Shown piece by piece: positions 22,795 to 32,731 of a stretch of 40,865 bases of DNA (positions are counted from its first letter, which is position 1; every line of letters starts with the position of its first letter). The notes under the pieces were generated by a model. The model was not told the DNA's origin. It searched no databases and worked only from the letters and a program-made list of their open reading frames with translations. The DNA is from a virus (Duplodnaviria > Caudoviricetes), in IMG/VR virus record IMGVR_UViG_3300038406_000085, positions 1-40,865 of that record; one strand, given 5' to 3'. The position numbers and the translations under genes are program-made.

Positions 22795-23036
22795 ACTGCA
22801 CGGTGATCGGCTGCGGTGAGCAGGCCGCGATGATGGTCCTCTCTCAGGGGATGAACGTGCGCGGCGTCATGGTGCTCGTGGCGTGGGACGACTGGGACGA
22901 GATCTCGGGCGGGTCCCCGGCGCCGGCGTCCCTGTTCTGCGAGCCGCACGCCCGCGAGCACCTGGCGAGGCTGCCGCTCCTGGCACCCGTGGCGAGCACG
23001 CTGGTGGCCGACGGCGACGTCCACACGCACGGGTGA
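22791..23036 (+). CDS. hypothetical Zn-binding protein
   Basis: MNCTVIGC...FCEPH; GGAGG SD and ATGA overlap. Confidence 0.65.
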   Translation: MNCTVIGCGEQAAMMVLSQGMNVRGVMVLVAWDDWDEISGGSPAPASLFCEPHAREHLARLPLLAPVASTLVADGDVHTHG

Positions 23037-23043
23037 CGCGGCC

Positions 23044-23238
23044 ATGATCCAGGACTACGAGATCAACGCATGGCTTGGCCCGGCGGCCGACGACCTGACC
23101 CCGGAGCAGCGCGCCGAGTTCTGCCGCCTGGTCCGCGCGCACGACGACTCGCAGCGCGACCGTGACCACGAGTTCTTCGACTACTCGGACGACGACGACG
23201 CGGCGTGGGTCGCAGCGTACGAGCAGGCGACCGCCTGA
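23044..23238 (+). CDS. small acidic protein
   Basis: 64 aa, Asp-rich (YSDDDDAAW). Confidence 0.65.
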   Translation: MIQDYEINAWLGPAADDLTPEQRAEFCRLVRAHDDSQRDRDHEFFDYSDDDDAAWVAAYEQATA

Positions 23239-23251
23239 TCACGGACGCAGG

Positions 23252-23284
23252 AAAGCCCCCCACCGTCCGTAGACGGTGGGGGGC
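23252..23284. terminator. terminator between convergent units
   Basis: perfect 13-bp stem GCCCCCCACCGTC-cgta-GACGGTGGGGGGC; TTT tail on minus strand. Confidence 0.8.
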
Positions 23285-23316
23285 AGTGTACTGCGGCTGT
23301 CTGACACTCGACGCGG

Positions 23317-23625
23317 CTACCCGACGTCGGCCCGGACCACGAGCCGCTCGGGCGCTGTAGCGGCGTCGGGGTAGGTGATGATCTCGCCCGCGCGGGTGAC
23401 CTCGATGACGAGGTCGTACCTGCCGACCGCCAGCGCGCCGTCGAGCTCGTGCGTGACAACGTCGGCGTCCACGGTGCACGGTAGGTCCGTCGTCTCCTGC
23501 CCGAGGGTCAGCGGCCGGGCGATCAGCCGCACGGTGGCGCCGGTGAGGTCGATGGTGCCGTCGGTGGTGGTCACCCGCCAGGCGATGGGGTGCTGGTCGC
23601 CTTCCCATACGCGAGTCTCGGTCAT
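23317..23625 (-). CDS. virion accessory protein (BppU-N-like beta domain)
   Basis: GD...IDLTGATVRL...GRYDLVIEVT..G.I.TYP. Confidence 0.65.
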   Translation of the reverse strand: MTETRVWEGDQHPIAWRVTTTDGTIDLTGATVRLIARPLTLGQETTDLPCTVDADVVTHELDGALAVGRYDLVIEVTRAGEIITYPDAATAPERLVVRADVG

Positions 23626-24434
23626 GCGATGTCCAATCCTCGGCGTGGGGTGAGCGGCACCATGGCGCGCGCAGGGGTGAGCGGTACCAGCGTGCCCTTG
23701 ATGGGCAGGTTGAAGCCGGGGCCGTTCGTCGTCGGCGAGCCGAGCGCCGAGGTGCGGGCGATGCCCGACGGCGACACGGTGACCGACGTGGAGAGCGCTG
23801 GCGTACCCGTGGCGGCCGCCGATGCGATGCCCTCGGGGGCGGACGTGGTCTGCGTGGTGACCACCGGGGTGCCGACCGCCGATGCCGCGGGGATGCTGTC
23901 GGGGGTGACGGAGACGCCCACATCATCGGACACGATGAGATCGGCCCCGTACCAGCCGGACGACACGGAGGTCCCGCCCGTGCCGATCCGGAACGCGGAC
24001 CGCCACTGATCACCCGCCTCAGCCATGTACAGGTCCGAGGCGTCGGACGCCTGGACGGGGTCGGTCGAGGGCGGGACGGCGAACAGGTAGTTGACCCCGA
24101 AGTCCTCGGCCGTGATCCACGCGACCTGACCGACGGACAGCGCGTACGAGTCCCAGCGCGCCTCGATCCACCCTTCGGCGACCGTGGCCACCGCAGTGCG
24201 GACCGGGGCGTCGGCGTAGTCCGGTGCGCTCTCGTAGGGGTACACGCGCAGTGCGAGCGTCACCGTGCCGGGCAGCGTGGCGCCGGCGGGTATGCGCAGC
24301 CTGCCGCCCACCACGAACCATGCGGTCGCGGTGGAGTAGAACCCGGTGCCGGTGACGATGGGGTCACCGTTGTCGTTCGCTGTCGGCTCCCCCCATGGTG
24401 GTGCGCTCGCACCGAATACGGTGTGCTCGGCCAC
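23622..24434 (-). CDS. minor virion protein: DUF4082-like domain + three ~21-aa repeats
   Basis: GTGFYST...GWIEA...WYGADL; repeats VTPDSIPAASAVGTP / APEGIASAAATGTP / VSPSGIARTSALGSP. Confidence 0.6.
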   Translation of the reverse strand: MAEHTVFGASAPPWGEPTANDNGDPIVTGTGFYSTATAWFVVGGRLRIPAGATLPGTVTLALRVYPYESAPDYADAPVRTAVATVAEGWIEARWDSYALSVGQVAWITAEDFGVNYLFAVPPSTDPVQASDASDLYMAEAGDQWRSAFRIGTGGTSVSSGWYGADLIVSDDVGVSVTPDSIPAASAVGTPVVTTQTTSAPEGIASAAATGTPALSTSVTVSPSGIARTSALGSPTTNGPGFNLPIKGTLVPLTPARAMVPLTPRRGLDIA

Positions 24435-24440
24435 GGCGGC

Positions 24441-24869
24441 CTACAGCGCGAAGATGCGGTTGGCGCCCGAGTCCCACGCTACCGTCACGTCGCCGCCGTT
24501 GGGCGCGACCGGCAGGAGGGTGCCCGTGTCGAGCCACGCCACCACACGCTGCGAGGCCGCGGCCACGTCAGCACCACCGGCCACGGCCGACGCCTGGAAC
24601 AGGAGCAGCCCGTGCGCCGCAGCGTTCGCCGTGACGGCCGTGAACGTCACGTCCGCGGCATCCACGACGCCGCCCGTGAACGTCTTGGACGCCAGCGCGC
24701 CCGACGTCGCAGCGAGCACGCCGCCGCCCGCGGTGACATCCGCGACCGTGACGTCCGTCGCGTCGTAGGTGTAGGCGCGGACCAGCGCGACCTTGAACAC
24801 GGCCGTGTCCCAGTCGATCGCGCCGACGAGGAAGCCCTCCTTGGCCGCGGGGAACAGTGCGTTGGTCAT
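24441..24869 (-). CDS. minor virion/tail-associated protein
   Basis: NALF..AKE.FL.G.IDW...KVALV...L..KT...GV.DAADVTF...LPV.PNGGDVTV.W. Confidence 0.7.
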   Translation of the reverse strand: MTNALFPAAKEGFLVGAIDWDTAVFKVALVRAYTYDATDVTVADVTAGGGVLAATSGALASKTFTGGVVDAADVTFTAVTANAAAHGLLLFQASAVAGGADVAAASQRVVAWLDTGTLLPVAPNGGDVTVAWDSGANRIFAL

Positions 24870-24872
24870 GGC

Positions 24873-25190
24873 TCAGCCCTTCGGTGTGCTGGACAGCCCG
24901 AACTGGCGCAGCGCGGCGTCGACGGCGGGGATCGCCATGATGCGGGTCAGGGCGGCGGCGATGGCGGCCACCGTGGCAGCGGCACCAGCGGCCCAGAGCA
25001 GCCAGTCGGCGGGCAGGACGTCAGCCAGCTCCTCCCCGGCGATGGCCACCACGAGGGGCAGCACGACGCCGAGCGTCAGGATCACGGAGATGACGTTCTG
25101 CACGACGGTGCGCCAGGTCGCGCGGCCGGGGAACGCGGACTGGGACGAGACGATGGCGACGGGCTCGGGCGTGGGCTCGAGGTGGGACAT
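24873..25190 (-). CDS. holin
   Basis: two TM helices, PGRATWRTVVQ...AALTRIMAIP; directly after endolysin. Confidence 0.8.
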   Translation of the reverse strand: MSHLEPTPEPVAIVSSQSAFPGRATWRTVVQNVISVILTLGVVLPLVVAIAGEELADVLPADWLLWAAGAAATVAAIAAALTRIMAIPAVDAALRQFGLSSTPKG

Positions 25191-25193
25191 GGG

Positions 25194-26081
25194 TCAGGCT
25201 CCCGTCTTGAGGGTGATCTCGAGGTCGGCCAGCGCCGTGTCGACGCTCTTGGTCACGGCGGCCGTGATCGCCTTCGCGTCACCGCCCGCCGATGTCGCCA
25301 GGGACTGGACGGCGGCCGTCAGCGCGACGATGCGCGCCTCGGTCCGGCGGTCGATGAGGAGCATGCGCTCGAACGCGGTGCGCCACGTCAGGCCGTCCTC
25401 GGTGCCGATGTCGCCGACCTTCGACTCGATGGCCGAGTGGATGGCGGCGAGCTGGGTGCGCTCGGTCTGGGTGAGGGTCACGTCGTCCTCCTGCTTGGTG
25501 GGTGTGCCGTCGAGGATGTCCTCGGCTCGCGCGAAAATGCTGGGGATCTGCTTGATGCGGTCGTCGCCAGGGCAGACCTTGCCGAGCGACTTCGAGTAGT
25601 GCATGCCGCCGCCGCGCTGGGCTCGGCCGGCGAGGAGGGACGGGAGCGAGGGGAAGTTCCCGTCGCAGCCGAGCCGGTGCCACGACAGCCCGCGCGAGGT
25701 CGCGTCCGTCTTCGAGCTGGTCGCGACCTTCCGGGCGACGCCGTGCGTCTTGACCGCCCAGGCGTACAGGCGGGCCAGGGACTCGCGCTGTGCCGCATCC
25801 CAGCCGCCGGGGCCCATGCCCTGGGTCTCGACGCTGATCGTCGCGTCGTTGCCCTCTAGGTCGGCGTAAGCGCGCATGGACGTGTCGACGTACTGCTCGA
25901 CGGTGCCGTCCCGGCGCACGTAGAAGTGGCTGTCGGGGATGCCGCGCTGGTTGAAGTACCCGTGCAGCGAGGCCGCCTCGGACACGGCCACGTGCAGGTT
26001 CATCCGGTTGTAGATGGTGAGCCGCTGCCGGTCCTTGTCCGCCGTGATCGGCTTCCAGATGGCGCCGGGAAATCTGGCCAT
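25194..26081 (-). CDS. endolysin, N-acetylmuramoyl-L-alanine amidase
   Basis: LHVA...SHFYV..DG.V.QYVD...AYA...N...ISVET...WHR...K.CPG. Confidence 0.9.
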   Translation of the reverse strand: MARFPGAIWKPITADKDRQRLTIYNRMNLHVAVSEAASLHGYFNQRGIPDSHFYVRRDGTVEQYVDTSMRAYADLEGNDATISVETQGMGPGGWDAAQRESLARLYAWAVKTHGVARKVATSSKTDATSRGLSWHRLGCDGNFPSLPSLLAGRAQRGGGMHYSKSLGKVCPGDDRIKQIPSIFARAEDILDGTPTKQEDDVTLTQTERTQLAAIHSAIESKVGDIGTEDGLTWRTAFERMLLIDRRTEARIVALTAAVQSLATSAGGDAKAITAAVTKSVDTALADLEITLKTGA

Positions 26082-26088
26082 GTCGCTC

Positions 26089-26820
26089 CTACGGGGTCTC
26101 GATGATGGGCGGGATGGGGTCCTGGCAGGCGAGCTTCACGCCGCCCTCGACGTCGATCGCGAAGCCGGTCATGTACTCGCCGTCGGGGCATGTGTACGAG
26201 CCGGGCTTGGCGGTGCCCTGGGTGCCGCGGATGCCCTGCGGTCCGGGGACGGTGGAGTCGGCGCCAGCGGGGCCGGCGGGTCCGGCCGGTCCGGGAACGG
26301 TCGAGTCCTGGCCGGGCTCGCCCTGCGCGCCCTGCGACCCCTGGGGACCGGCGACGGTTGAGTCGGCGCCAGGATGCCCTCGATCACCGGACTCGCCTCG
26401 GCACATTCCCGCACCGCACCAGTCGTCCACGGCTGCGGCGATCTGGGCTGCCGTCGGGCCTGGCCCGGTGCGTCCCTGGACACCCTGCGCGCCCGTGAAC
26501 CCGCGCTCGCCCTGGGGGCCTGGCGGACCTCCGGGCCCGGCAGGTCCGGCGACGGGGATGCCCTGGACGACGGCGTCAGCCCGCTTGCACAGGTCTCGGT
26601 CCCCGACGAGGAACGAGCCCTCGGACTCGCACCGCTCCTGCACCTGCTCAGCCAGGGACACGGCCGACGTCTCGGCGGTCTCGGCGCGCGTCTGCGTCTC
26701 GTGCCACAGCACGAGGAACAGCCCCAGGCCAGCCAGGACCGCCGCGACCAGGGCGATGTTCTGCTTGAACCGACGGCGCGGCTCGCGGGAGACCTGCTCG
26801 GCCCGTTCTACTTCGGTCAC
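26089..26820 (-). CDS. membrane-anchored collagen-like protein
   Basis: N-terminal TM helix, Gly-X-Y repeats, Cys pairs; GTGA overlap. Confidence 0.8.
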   Translation of the reverse strand: MTEVERAEQVSREPRRRFKQNIALVAAVLAGLGLFLVLWHETQTRAETAETSAVSLAEQVQERCESEGSFLVGDRDLCKRADAVVQGIPVAGPAGPGGPPGPQGERGFTGAQGVQGRTGPGPTAAQIAAAVDDWCGAGMCRGESGDRGHPGADSTVAGPQGSQGAQGEPGQDSTVPGPAGPAGPAGADSTVPGPQGIRGTQGTAKPGSYTCPDGEYMTGFAIDVEGGVKLACQDPIPPIIETP

Positions 26821-27131
26821 GTCATGCCTCCTTGGGGGGCGCCGTGCTCGTACAGCCGCTTGTACTCGGCCGCCTTGTCCTCGGCTGCCCATCGCGCATG
26901 CCGCTCGCCCTCGTAGAGCGTGCTGAGCGAGTCGACCTTGGCGTTCAGCCGGGCGATCTCGACGTCGTTCGCGGCCTTGGCGGATGCGATCGCCGCTGCG
27001 GTGCGCTTCTCCACCTCGTCGATGTGCTGCTGGTACTGGCGGCGGTCGGCGTAGTTCTGCCGGAGCAGGTACCCGATGATGGCGGCCGCGAAGATCGCTA
27101 TGCCGCCGGTGCCGAGGAGCGTCGGGTCCAC
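26817..27131 (-). CDS. membrane protein with coiled coil (lysis cassette)
   Basis: N-terminal TM then heptad region. Confidence 0.7.
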   Translation of the reverse strand: MDPTLLGTGGIAIFAAAIIGYLLRQNYADRRQYQQHIDEVEKRTAAAIASAKAANDVEIARLNAKVDSLSTLYEGERHARWAAEDKAAEYKRLYEHGAPQGGMT

Positions 27132-27185
27132 GTGGCCCCCTCTCGCGCGGTGGGGGTCAGGCGGGCAGGGGGACGTCAGGCATGG

Positions 27186-27674
27186 TCAGCTCCCGATCCG
27201 CGCGGCGTAGAACTCAGGTGAGCGCTCGTCGGTTGCGTCGAGGGTGCGGGCTGATCCACCTAGGCCCACCGCACCGTTGTCCTGGAACACCTGCACCTCG
27301 ACGTAGTCACCGGCAGCGAACTGGTAGACCGTGTTGCACGCGATGTGCGGCTGCTGGGTCGTCGTCGCGTTGACCGACGGGCCGCGGACGATCTCCGTGG
27401 TCCCGTTGATCCGCAGGAGCGCGAACGCGCGGTTGTAGTCGTTGCCGGAGAGCAGTGCCCCGTGGAACCCGACGATGTAGAACCCGGCCGTGTTGATCGT
27501 GATGCGGCTGTTGTTCGTGACGGTGTCGTGCATGCCGTCGTTATCGAACCGCTCCTCGTCGAACGCGACGGTCGTGACCGTGTTGTCGGGGATCGACTGT
27601 GTGCCCGCACGGGTGACCCGGCACGCCTGCACCGCGACATCCGACGCGACGATTACTTCTCCAGCACTAGGCAT
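27186..27674 (-). CDS. minor tail protein (C1q/TNF-like beta sandwich, candidate receptor-binding)
   Basis: QSIP....TVAFD.E.FD..GMH....SRITINTAG.Y...GDYVEVQV.Q. Confidence 0.7.
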   Translation of the reverse strand: MPSAGEVIVASDVAVQACRVTRAGTQSIPDNTVTTVAFDEERFDNDGMHDTVTNNSRITINTAGFYIVGFHGALLSGNDYNRAFALLRINGTTEIVRGPSVNATTTQQPHIACNTVYQFAAGDYVEVQVFQDNGAVGLGGSARTLDATDERSPEFYAARIGS

Positions 27675-27689
27675 GGCTTCCTCCTTGGG

Positions 27690-29798
27690 TCAAAGCGCGT
27701 ATATCGCTGGCTTGAAGAGCGCGACCTCGGCGCCGGTGGCATGTGCCTTGACGACACCGTTCACCGACCGCGTCACGGTGAAGACCTGCGCGGCGCCGGT
27801 GCCCGTCACCGCCGACACCGTCATCCGCTCGCCGCCGATCGCGATATCGAACGGGGCGTCAACGTCGGACCACACCGGCCCCGTCGGCGTGGAGACGTCG
27901 ATGTCGACCTCGGTGGTATCGAGCGCCTCGGTCGTCGTTGTCCCGTCCGACGAGTACCGGGCCTCACCCGGGCCGGTGGCGTCGTCCCACACCGCGACGG
28001 ACCACGGCGACGCGGGAGTGCAGTTCATGTCGATCAGCCACTCGTACTGGCCGAGCGACTCGGTGAACCCCTGCACCAACTGCTGGATGTCGTCGGGCGA
28101 CGTCGTCTCCAACGGCGCGTTCGTCACCACGATCCGGTCACCGACGTCCAAGCCGATCGCATCCGCCGTCAACAGCGCATCCGACGTGAACGCACCGTTC
28201 GCGAGGTTCACACCCAGGACCGGGTAACGCGCCTCGTCCACCGTGCCCACGTGCAGCCGCCACGACGCCTGGTCCGGCAGTTCCTCGTCACGCTTGATCG
28301 AGATCGTGACACCGTCGTCGTACCGGCCCACACCATCCGGCGGCGGGTTCACGGAGAGCGGCCCGGTGTCAAGCTGGGCCCGGGCAGAGGACCCGTTCAC
28401 CCGCGTCACGGTGATGTCGTTGCGGGTCCCGTCGTCGTCCTCCGTGGGCTCGATGCCGAAGACCGCGCCCGTCGTGTAGTCGAGCGTCAGGGCAGCATCC
28501 TGCGCGTACAGGGAAGCGCGCGTGCGGTAGTACAGCCCGAGCTCGTCGCGCGACTCGAACAGGATCCCCATGTCCGCCGCGGCGGCCTCCGCCAGCAGTT
28601 CGAGCAGCGTGCCCGGCAACTGCGGCCCCATGTCGACCGTCTCGTGAATGCCCTCAGCGGCACCAATCGTGAGCGTGACCCCCTCTTCGCCGCACAGCCG
28701 CTGGAGCCGAAACGCCGCCCACTCGCCGTCGTATGCCCGCAGTTGCAGGCCGGCAATGGAGTTCGCCGGGCCGAGCACGTTCTTCACCGCGATGTGCCCG
28801 AGCACCGTCTCCGACAGTTGCGCACCCGCGACGTTCATGCCGACACGGGTCACACGTCCGACCGTCCGCGACGCGAGCGTGCCGCCACCCGACGTGCCGA
28901 ACAGTTGACCGACCTCGAGCGTGCCGATCGACCAGTCGACGTTCGCGCCGTCCTGGTCCAGCTCGACCGTCACACGCAGCATCCGGCCGTTGACATCGAA
29001 CGTCGTACCCGAGGAGAACAGCAGCACGTTCTCGACGTCGTACGCGCGCAGCACCAGGGAGCCGGCGGGCGTCACATCGAGGTCCCACCGTGGCGCCGTG
29101 CCCGTCGTGCGGATGCGGCACAGCGTCTCCGAGACCGTCGTCCCGAAGTCGGGCACGACCATCAGGAAGTTGACCTGTGTCTGCCCCGTCACCGTGTACG
29201 TGGGGACGGCGCCGATCCACCGCACACCCGACGCTTTCGGCAGAGGCTCGGACGCCTTGAACCCCTCGAACGAGGCCATCTCCACCGTGCCTCGCGGGTA
29301 CATCGGCGGGTGGTCCGGAAGCGCCGAAGCGAACTCGGTCGAGTCCTCGCCGTCCTCGCACGGCCAGTACGCCACCACGGAGTCCAGCGCCGTCACGCCC
29401 CGGTACATCACGGACCGCAGCGGCGCGGCGCCCTGGCCGTGACGACGGGTGATCCCGTACGCCTGGAGCGGCACCCACACGTCGGACCCCGACTTGTCCC
29501 ACCGCTGCGGCCACACGGAGACCTCGCCGTAGAACCGGTCGACCCCGTCCGCGCGGACACGGATCTGCGTGTTGCGTCCGATCTTCCCGTAGTACGGCGA
29601 CATCGGGTTCCGCGGGCTGTACTTCCCGTCACGGTTGTTCAGCGACAGGGTGCACGACGACGGGTCAGTCGTCGATGCCTCGTCGCTGCGGCCCCGGGTG
29701 ATCTGGACACCGTCGGCCTGGCGCACGTCCGTCGAGATATCCGTCCACACATCGTCGATCAGGAGCTGCGTAGTGATCGTGAAAATCGGCGTCGCCAC
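27690..29798 (-). CDS. large minor tail protein
   Basis: 702 aa after tape measure; WTDISTDVR..ITRGR.DE...LNNRDGKYSP.NP.SPYYG; VAYWPCED. Confidence 0.8.
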   Translation of the reverse strand: MATPIFTITTQLLIDDVWTDISTDVRQADGVQITRGRSDEASTTDPSSCTLSLNNRDGKYSPRNPMSPYYGKIGRNTQIRVRADGVDRFYGEVSVWPQRWDKSGSDVWVPLQAYGITRRHGQGAAPLRSVMYRGVTALDSVVAYWPCEDGEDSTEFASALPDHPPMYPRGTVEMASFEGFKASEPLPKASGVRWIGAVPTYTVTGQTQVNFLMVVPDFGTTVSETLCRIRTTGTAPRWDLDVTPAGSLVLRAYDVENVLLFSSGTTFDVNGRMLRVTVELDQDGANVDWSIGTLEVGQLFGTSGGGTLASRTVGRVTRVGMNVAGAQLSETVLGHIAVKNVLGPANSIAGLQLRAYDGEWAAFRLQRLCGEEGVTLTIGAAEGIHETVDMGPQLPGTLLELLAEAAAADMGILFESRDELGLYYRTRASLYAQDAALTLDYTTGAVFGIEPTEDDDGTRNDITVTRVNGSSARAQLDTGPLSVNPPPDGVGRYDDGVTISIKRDEELPDQASWRLHVGTVDEARYPVLGVNLANGAFTSDALLTADAIGLDVGDRIVVTNAPLETTSPDDIQQLVQGFTESLGQYEWLIDMNCTPASPWSVAVWDDATGPGEARYSSDGTTTTEALDTTEVDIDVSTPTGPVWSDVDAPFDIAIGGERMTVSAVTGTGAAQVFTVTRSVNGVVKAHATGAEVALFKPAIYAL

Positions 29799-29802
29799 GT
29801 CA

Positions 29803-32559
29803 TCACCCCCGACCTAGGACGAGCTGAACCGAACCGCCGCCGGACTTCACCTTGCGGCGGATGATCTTCACGATGGCGTCCCCGAGCTCCCCGTCCAGCG
29901 TGATGCGCTGCACGGGCTCCTCCCGGCGTGCGCGGTCCGCGCGCACCAGACGCTCCGGTGCCCCCGTCGCGTTGTTCACCAGGTTCAGGCCCGTGCCGAG
30001 AGTCCCGCCGTTGTCGAACGTGGCAGGGATCGGGCTACCCGGAACCTTCTTGTTGATGAACCCCGCGATGTTCGACCACAGGCCGGCGGACATCTTCTTC
30101 AGGAACGAGGTCATCCACCCGCCCTGAGCCATCATCTCGGTGACCTGCCCCGGCAGCTTGCGGAGCGTGTCCAAGACATCCGCGATCGTGGAGAACCATC
30201 CGCCCTGGTTCATCGCCGTCTTGCCACCGGCGCCGAGGTGCGCCATCTGGGAGAACCCGCCCGAGAGTGCCCCCATCGCACCCGGACCCACCAGCACGCC
30301 CCGGCCGCCACGAGACTCGACGTTCGTGCCCGCGAGCGTGCCCGCCATGTGCCCGATGCCAGACAGCCCGAAATTCGGGGTGGACGAGATCGTGAACTGC
30401 CCCGGGCCCTGCTTGAAACCGGACCACGGGAAGTTCGCAGTGCTGCCCCGCCGCGAGTGCGGGTACTTATCCTCCAGGACGTTCGTGATCGCCGACATGA
30501 AACCGGAGCAGTCGTACGCCGACGGGCCGACGCTGCCCCACCCGTACGGCTTGCCCGCCTGCGAGGCCGCGAACTTCTGCGCGCGGCCGATCGCCGCGGC
30601 GTCCAGCGCGCCACCGTTCGCGAACTTCGGGTCACCGTTCAGGTTCCCGTTCAGCACCGCCTTGCGCATCGCGTACATCGCGCCCTGCCCACCAGCAGCC
30701 TGGACCTCCTTCGCGGTCCACACGTGCTCACCCTTGGACAGGAGCGCCGTGATGCTGTCCGACGTGCCCGTGCCCGCACCACGGATCGCGCCACCCTTCG
30801 CGAACCCCAGCTTGATCGGGTCGATGTTCACGCCCGGGATCGCGTTCAGCATCTTGCGCAGGCCGTTGTTCCACACCGTGTTCACGAGGAACTTCACGGG
30901 GACCTTCGCCACCGACTTGAGGCCGTCCCAGAACTTCCTGACCTTGTCGACGCCGTTCTTGAACCCGTCCGGGATCCGCTTCGTGATGAAGTCGACCACC
31001 GGGGAGAACACGTGCTTCTTGATCCAGCCCCACACCGCCCGCAGCCCGTCACCGACACGGGACCACGCGGCACGGATGACACGCCCGTAGAGCTTGAACC
31101 CGAGACCGACGAGCTGCACGCCCCGCTTGACCGGGGTGAACACCTTGTCCTGGATCCACTTCCACGCGGCACCGAGACTGTCCCGCACGGCGTTGAACGC
31201 GATACGGATCGCCCGGCCGTACAGCTTGAAGCCCAGACCGACGAGCTTGATGCCCTTGCCGATCGGCCGGAACACCTTCTCCTGAATCCACTTCCACGCA
31301 GCGGACAGCCCCGACTTCACGGCATCCCACGCCACGACCAGGAACTCGGTGAAGCTCTTCCAGGCCTTCTTTCCGACCTTGGTCTTCGTGAAGAACCACA
31401 CGAGGCCGGCGACCAGGGCGACGATGGCCGTGATCACGATGCCGATCACGTTCGCCTTCATCGCCGTGTTGAGGCCCTTCTGGGCGAGCGTGATGGCCTT
31501 GATGATCGCGGGGACGGTGACCGTGAAGAAGACGTACGTCTTCCACGCGAGCAGCGCCGCACCCAGGCCGATAGCGACCGCTGTGAGCGTCTCCCGGTTC
31601 TTCGCCATCCACTTGACCAGGTTCACCAGGCCCGGAACGACGGTGCCCACGATGAACCCGCCCAGCGCTTTCAGCACCGGCAGGACATGCTTGACGAACC
31701 CGTCCTTGAGCCGCATCAACGCCGGCACCCCGACCGACGTGATCCAGTCCCCAAGGCGTGTGAGCGCAGGAACAACCCGCCGCTCGAAGACCGGGATCAC
31801 CTTGTTCAGCACGAAATCGGTCAGCAGCTTGAACACGGGGACGAGCTTTAGCGCAACCTTCTCGATCACCTGCGACCAGGAGACCTTGATCTGGTCCGAC
31901 GCGTTCGCGGTCGCCTTCGCGACGCCGCCGACCTGGGACTGCACAGCCTTCAGGATCATGCCCTGGGCACCGGCAACGTCGCCGGCCTCCTGCATGGCCT
32001 TGATCTTCTCCTTCTCCTTCTCGGTGAAGGAGACACCCACCCGGGACAGCGCCGTCAGACCCTTGGTCGGGTCCTGGAGCGCCTTGCCGAGCATGGTGGA
32101 CGCGGACTCGACCGAACCGAACCCCGCCGCCGACAGGTCAGTCGCGAGACCAAGGGTCTTGTCGAACGTGCCGCCTACCTTGTCCGCACTGTCCGCGATG
32201 TTCGAGAACGTGCCCAGGATGGCCGCGCCACCCTTGATCATGTTCTGATCGATGCCCGTCTGTCTGGCCATCGTGTCGGACAGCTTCGACACCCGGCCCG
32301 CCGTCTTCGACGCGCCCTTGCCGAACAGGTCCATCGACTTGAAGATCTGTTCGATGCGGGCGTTCGACGTCCCCGCCGTCTCGCCCGCATCGAACAGCGC
32401 CTTGCCCGCGACGATCGCCCCGGCCGCGATCGCAGCCGTGCCGATGGCGGCGACCTTCCCCACCTTGCCGAGGATCTTGCCGACCTTGCCGCCCGACTTC
32501 GCGAGGGGACCCGTGTCGCCGACGAACCTGACGACGAGCTGACCGGCTCTGCTGGCCAT
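29803..32559 (-). CDS. tape measure protein with NlpC/P60-like domain
   Basis: 918 aa, Ala/Gly-rich helical, periodic W/F; KPYGWG..GP.AYDCSGF..H. Confidence 0.9.
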   Translation of the reverse strand: MASRAGQLVVRFVGDTGPLAKSGGKVGKILGKVGKVAAIGTAAIAAGAIVAGKALFDAGETAGTSNARIEQIFKSMDLFGKGASKTAGRVSKLSDTMARQTGIDQNMIKGGAAILGTFSNIADSADKVGGTFDKTLGLATDLSAAGFGSVESASTMLGKALQDPTKGLTALSRVGVSFTEKEKEKIKAMQEAGDVAGAQGMILKAVQSQVGGVAKATANASDQIKVSWSQVIEKVALKLVPVFKLLTDFVLNKVIPVFERRVVPALTRLGDWITSVGVPALMRLKDGFVKHVLPVLKALGGFIVGTVVPGLVNLVKWMAKNRETLTAVAIGLGAALLAWKTYVFFTVTVPAIIKAITLAQKGLNTAMKANVIGIVITAIVALVAGLVWFFTKTKVGKKAWKSFTEFLVVAWDAVKSGLSAAWKWIQEKVFRPIGKGIKLVGLGFKLYGRAIRIAFNAVRDSLGAAWKWIQDKVFTPVKRGVQLVGLGFKLYGRVIRAAWSRVGDGLRAVWGWIKKHVFSPVVDFITKRIPDGFKNGVDKVRKFWDGLKSVAKVPVKFLVNTVWNNGLRKMLNAIPGVNIDPIKLGFAKGGAIRGAGTGTSDSITALLSKGEHVWTAKEVQAAGGQGAMYAMRKAVLNGNLNGDPKFANGGALDAAAIGRAQKFAASQAGKPYGWGSVGPSAYDCSGFMSAITNVLEDKYPHSRRGSTANFPWSGFKQGPGQFTISSTPNFGLSGIGHMAGTLAGTNVESRGGRGVLVGPGAMGALSGGFSQMAHLGAGGKTAMNQGGWFSTIADVLDTLRKLPGQVTEMMAQGGWMTSFLKKMSAGLWSNIAGFINKKVPGSPIPATFDNGGTLGTGLNLVNNATGAPERLVRADRARREEPVQRITLDGELGDAIVKIIRRKVKSGGGSVQLVLGRG

Positions 32560-32563
32560 CAGG

Positions 32564-32731
32564 TCACCCCCTGTCCTGTTGTTCGTTCCACCGCTTCATG
32601 TACCGGCCGTACGCGTGGTACGCCTCGATCTCGAGGTTGTCGAACTGCTCGGGGGTGATGCGCCAGAAATGGGAGTAGTACGCCATCTCGTCGTAGTAGG
32701 CCTCGTCGAGGTCTACTTCTTCGTAGGCCCC
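32564..32731 (-). CDS. tail assembly chaperone gpT-like extension (-1 frame, not in ORF track)
   Basis: GAYEEVDLDEAYYDEMAYYSHFWRITPEQFDNLEIEAYHAYGRYMKRWNEQQDRG; overlaps the 3' end of the chaperone, ends 4 nt before TMP. Confidence 0.7.
   Translation of the reverse strand, partial: GAYEEVDLDEAYYDEMAYYSHFWRITPEQFDNLEIEAYHAYGRYMKRWNEQQDRG

Noticed and set aside
26150-26560. Repetitive GC-rich DNA
   Set aside because: Explained by collagen Gly-X-Y codons.
27133-27160. Hairpin covering the SD of the first lysis-cassette gene
   Set aside because: Short stem with a mismatch in very GC-rich DNA; not distinguishable from chance by eye.
27345-29864. Very long plus-strand ORFs (839 aa here; also 13567-15366, 38785-40722, 30238-31851 and others)
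   Set aside because: Arg/Pro-rich shadow frames of well-supported minus-strand genes, expected at high GC; no motifs or start signals.
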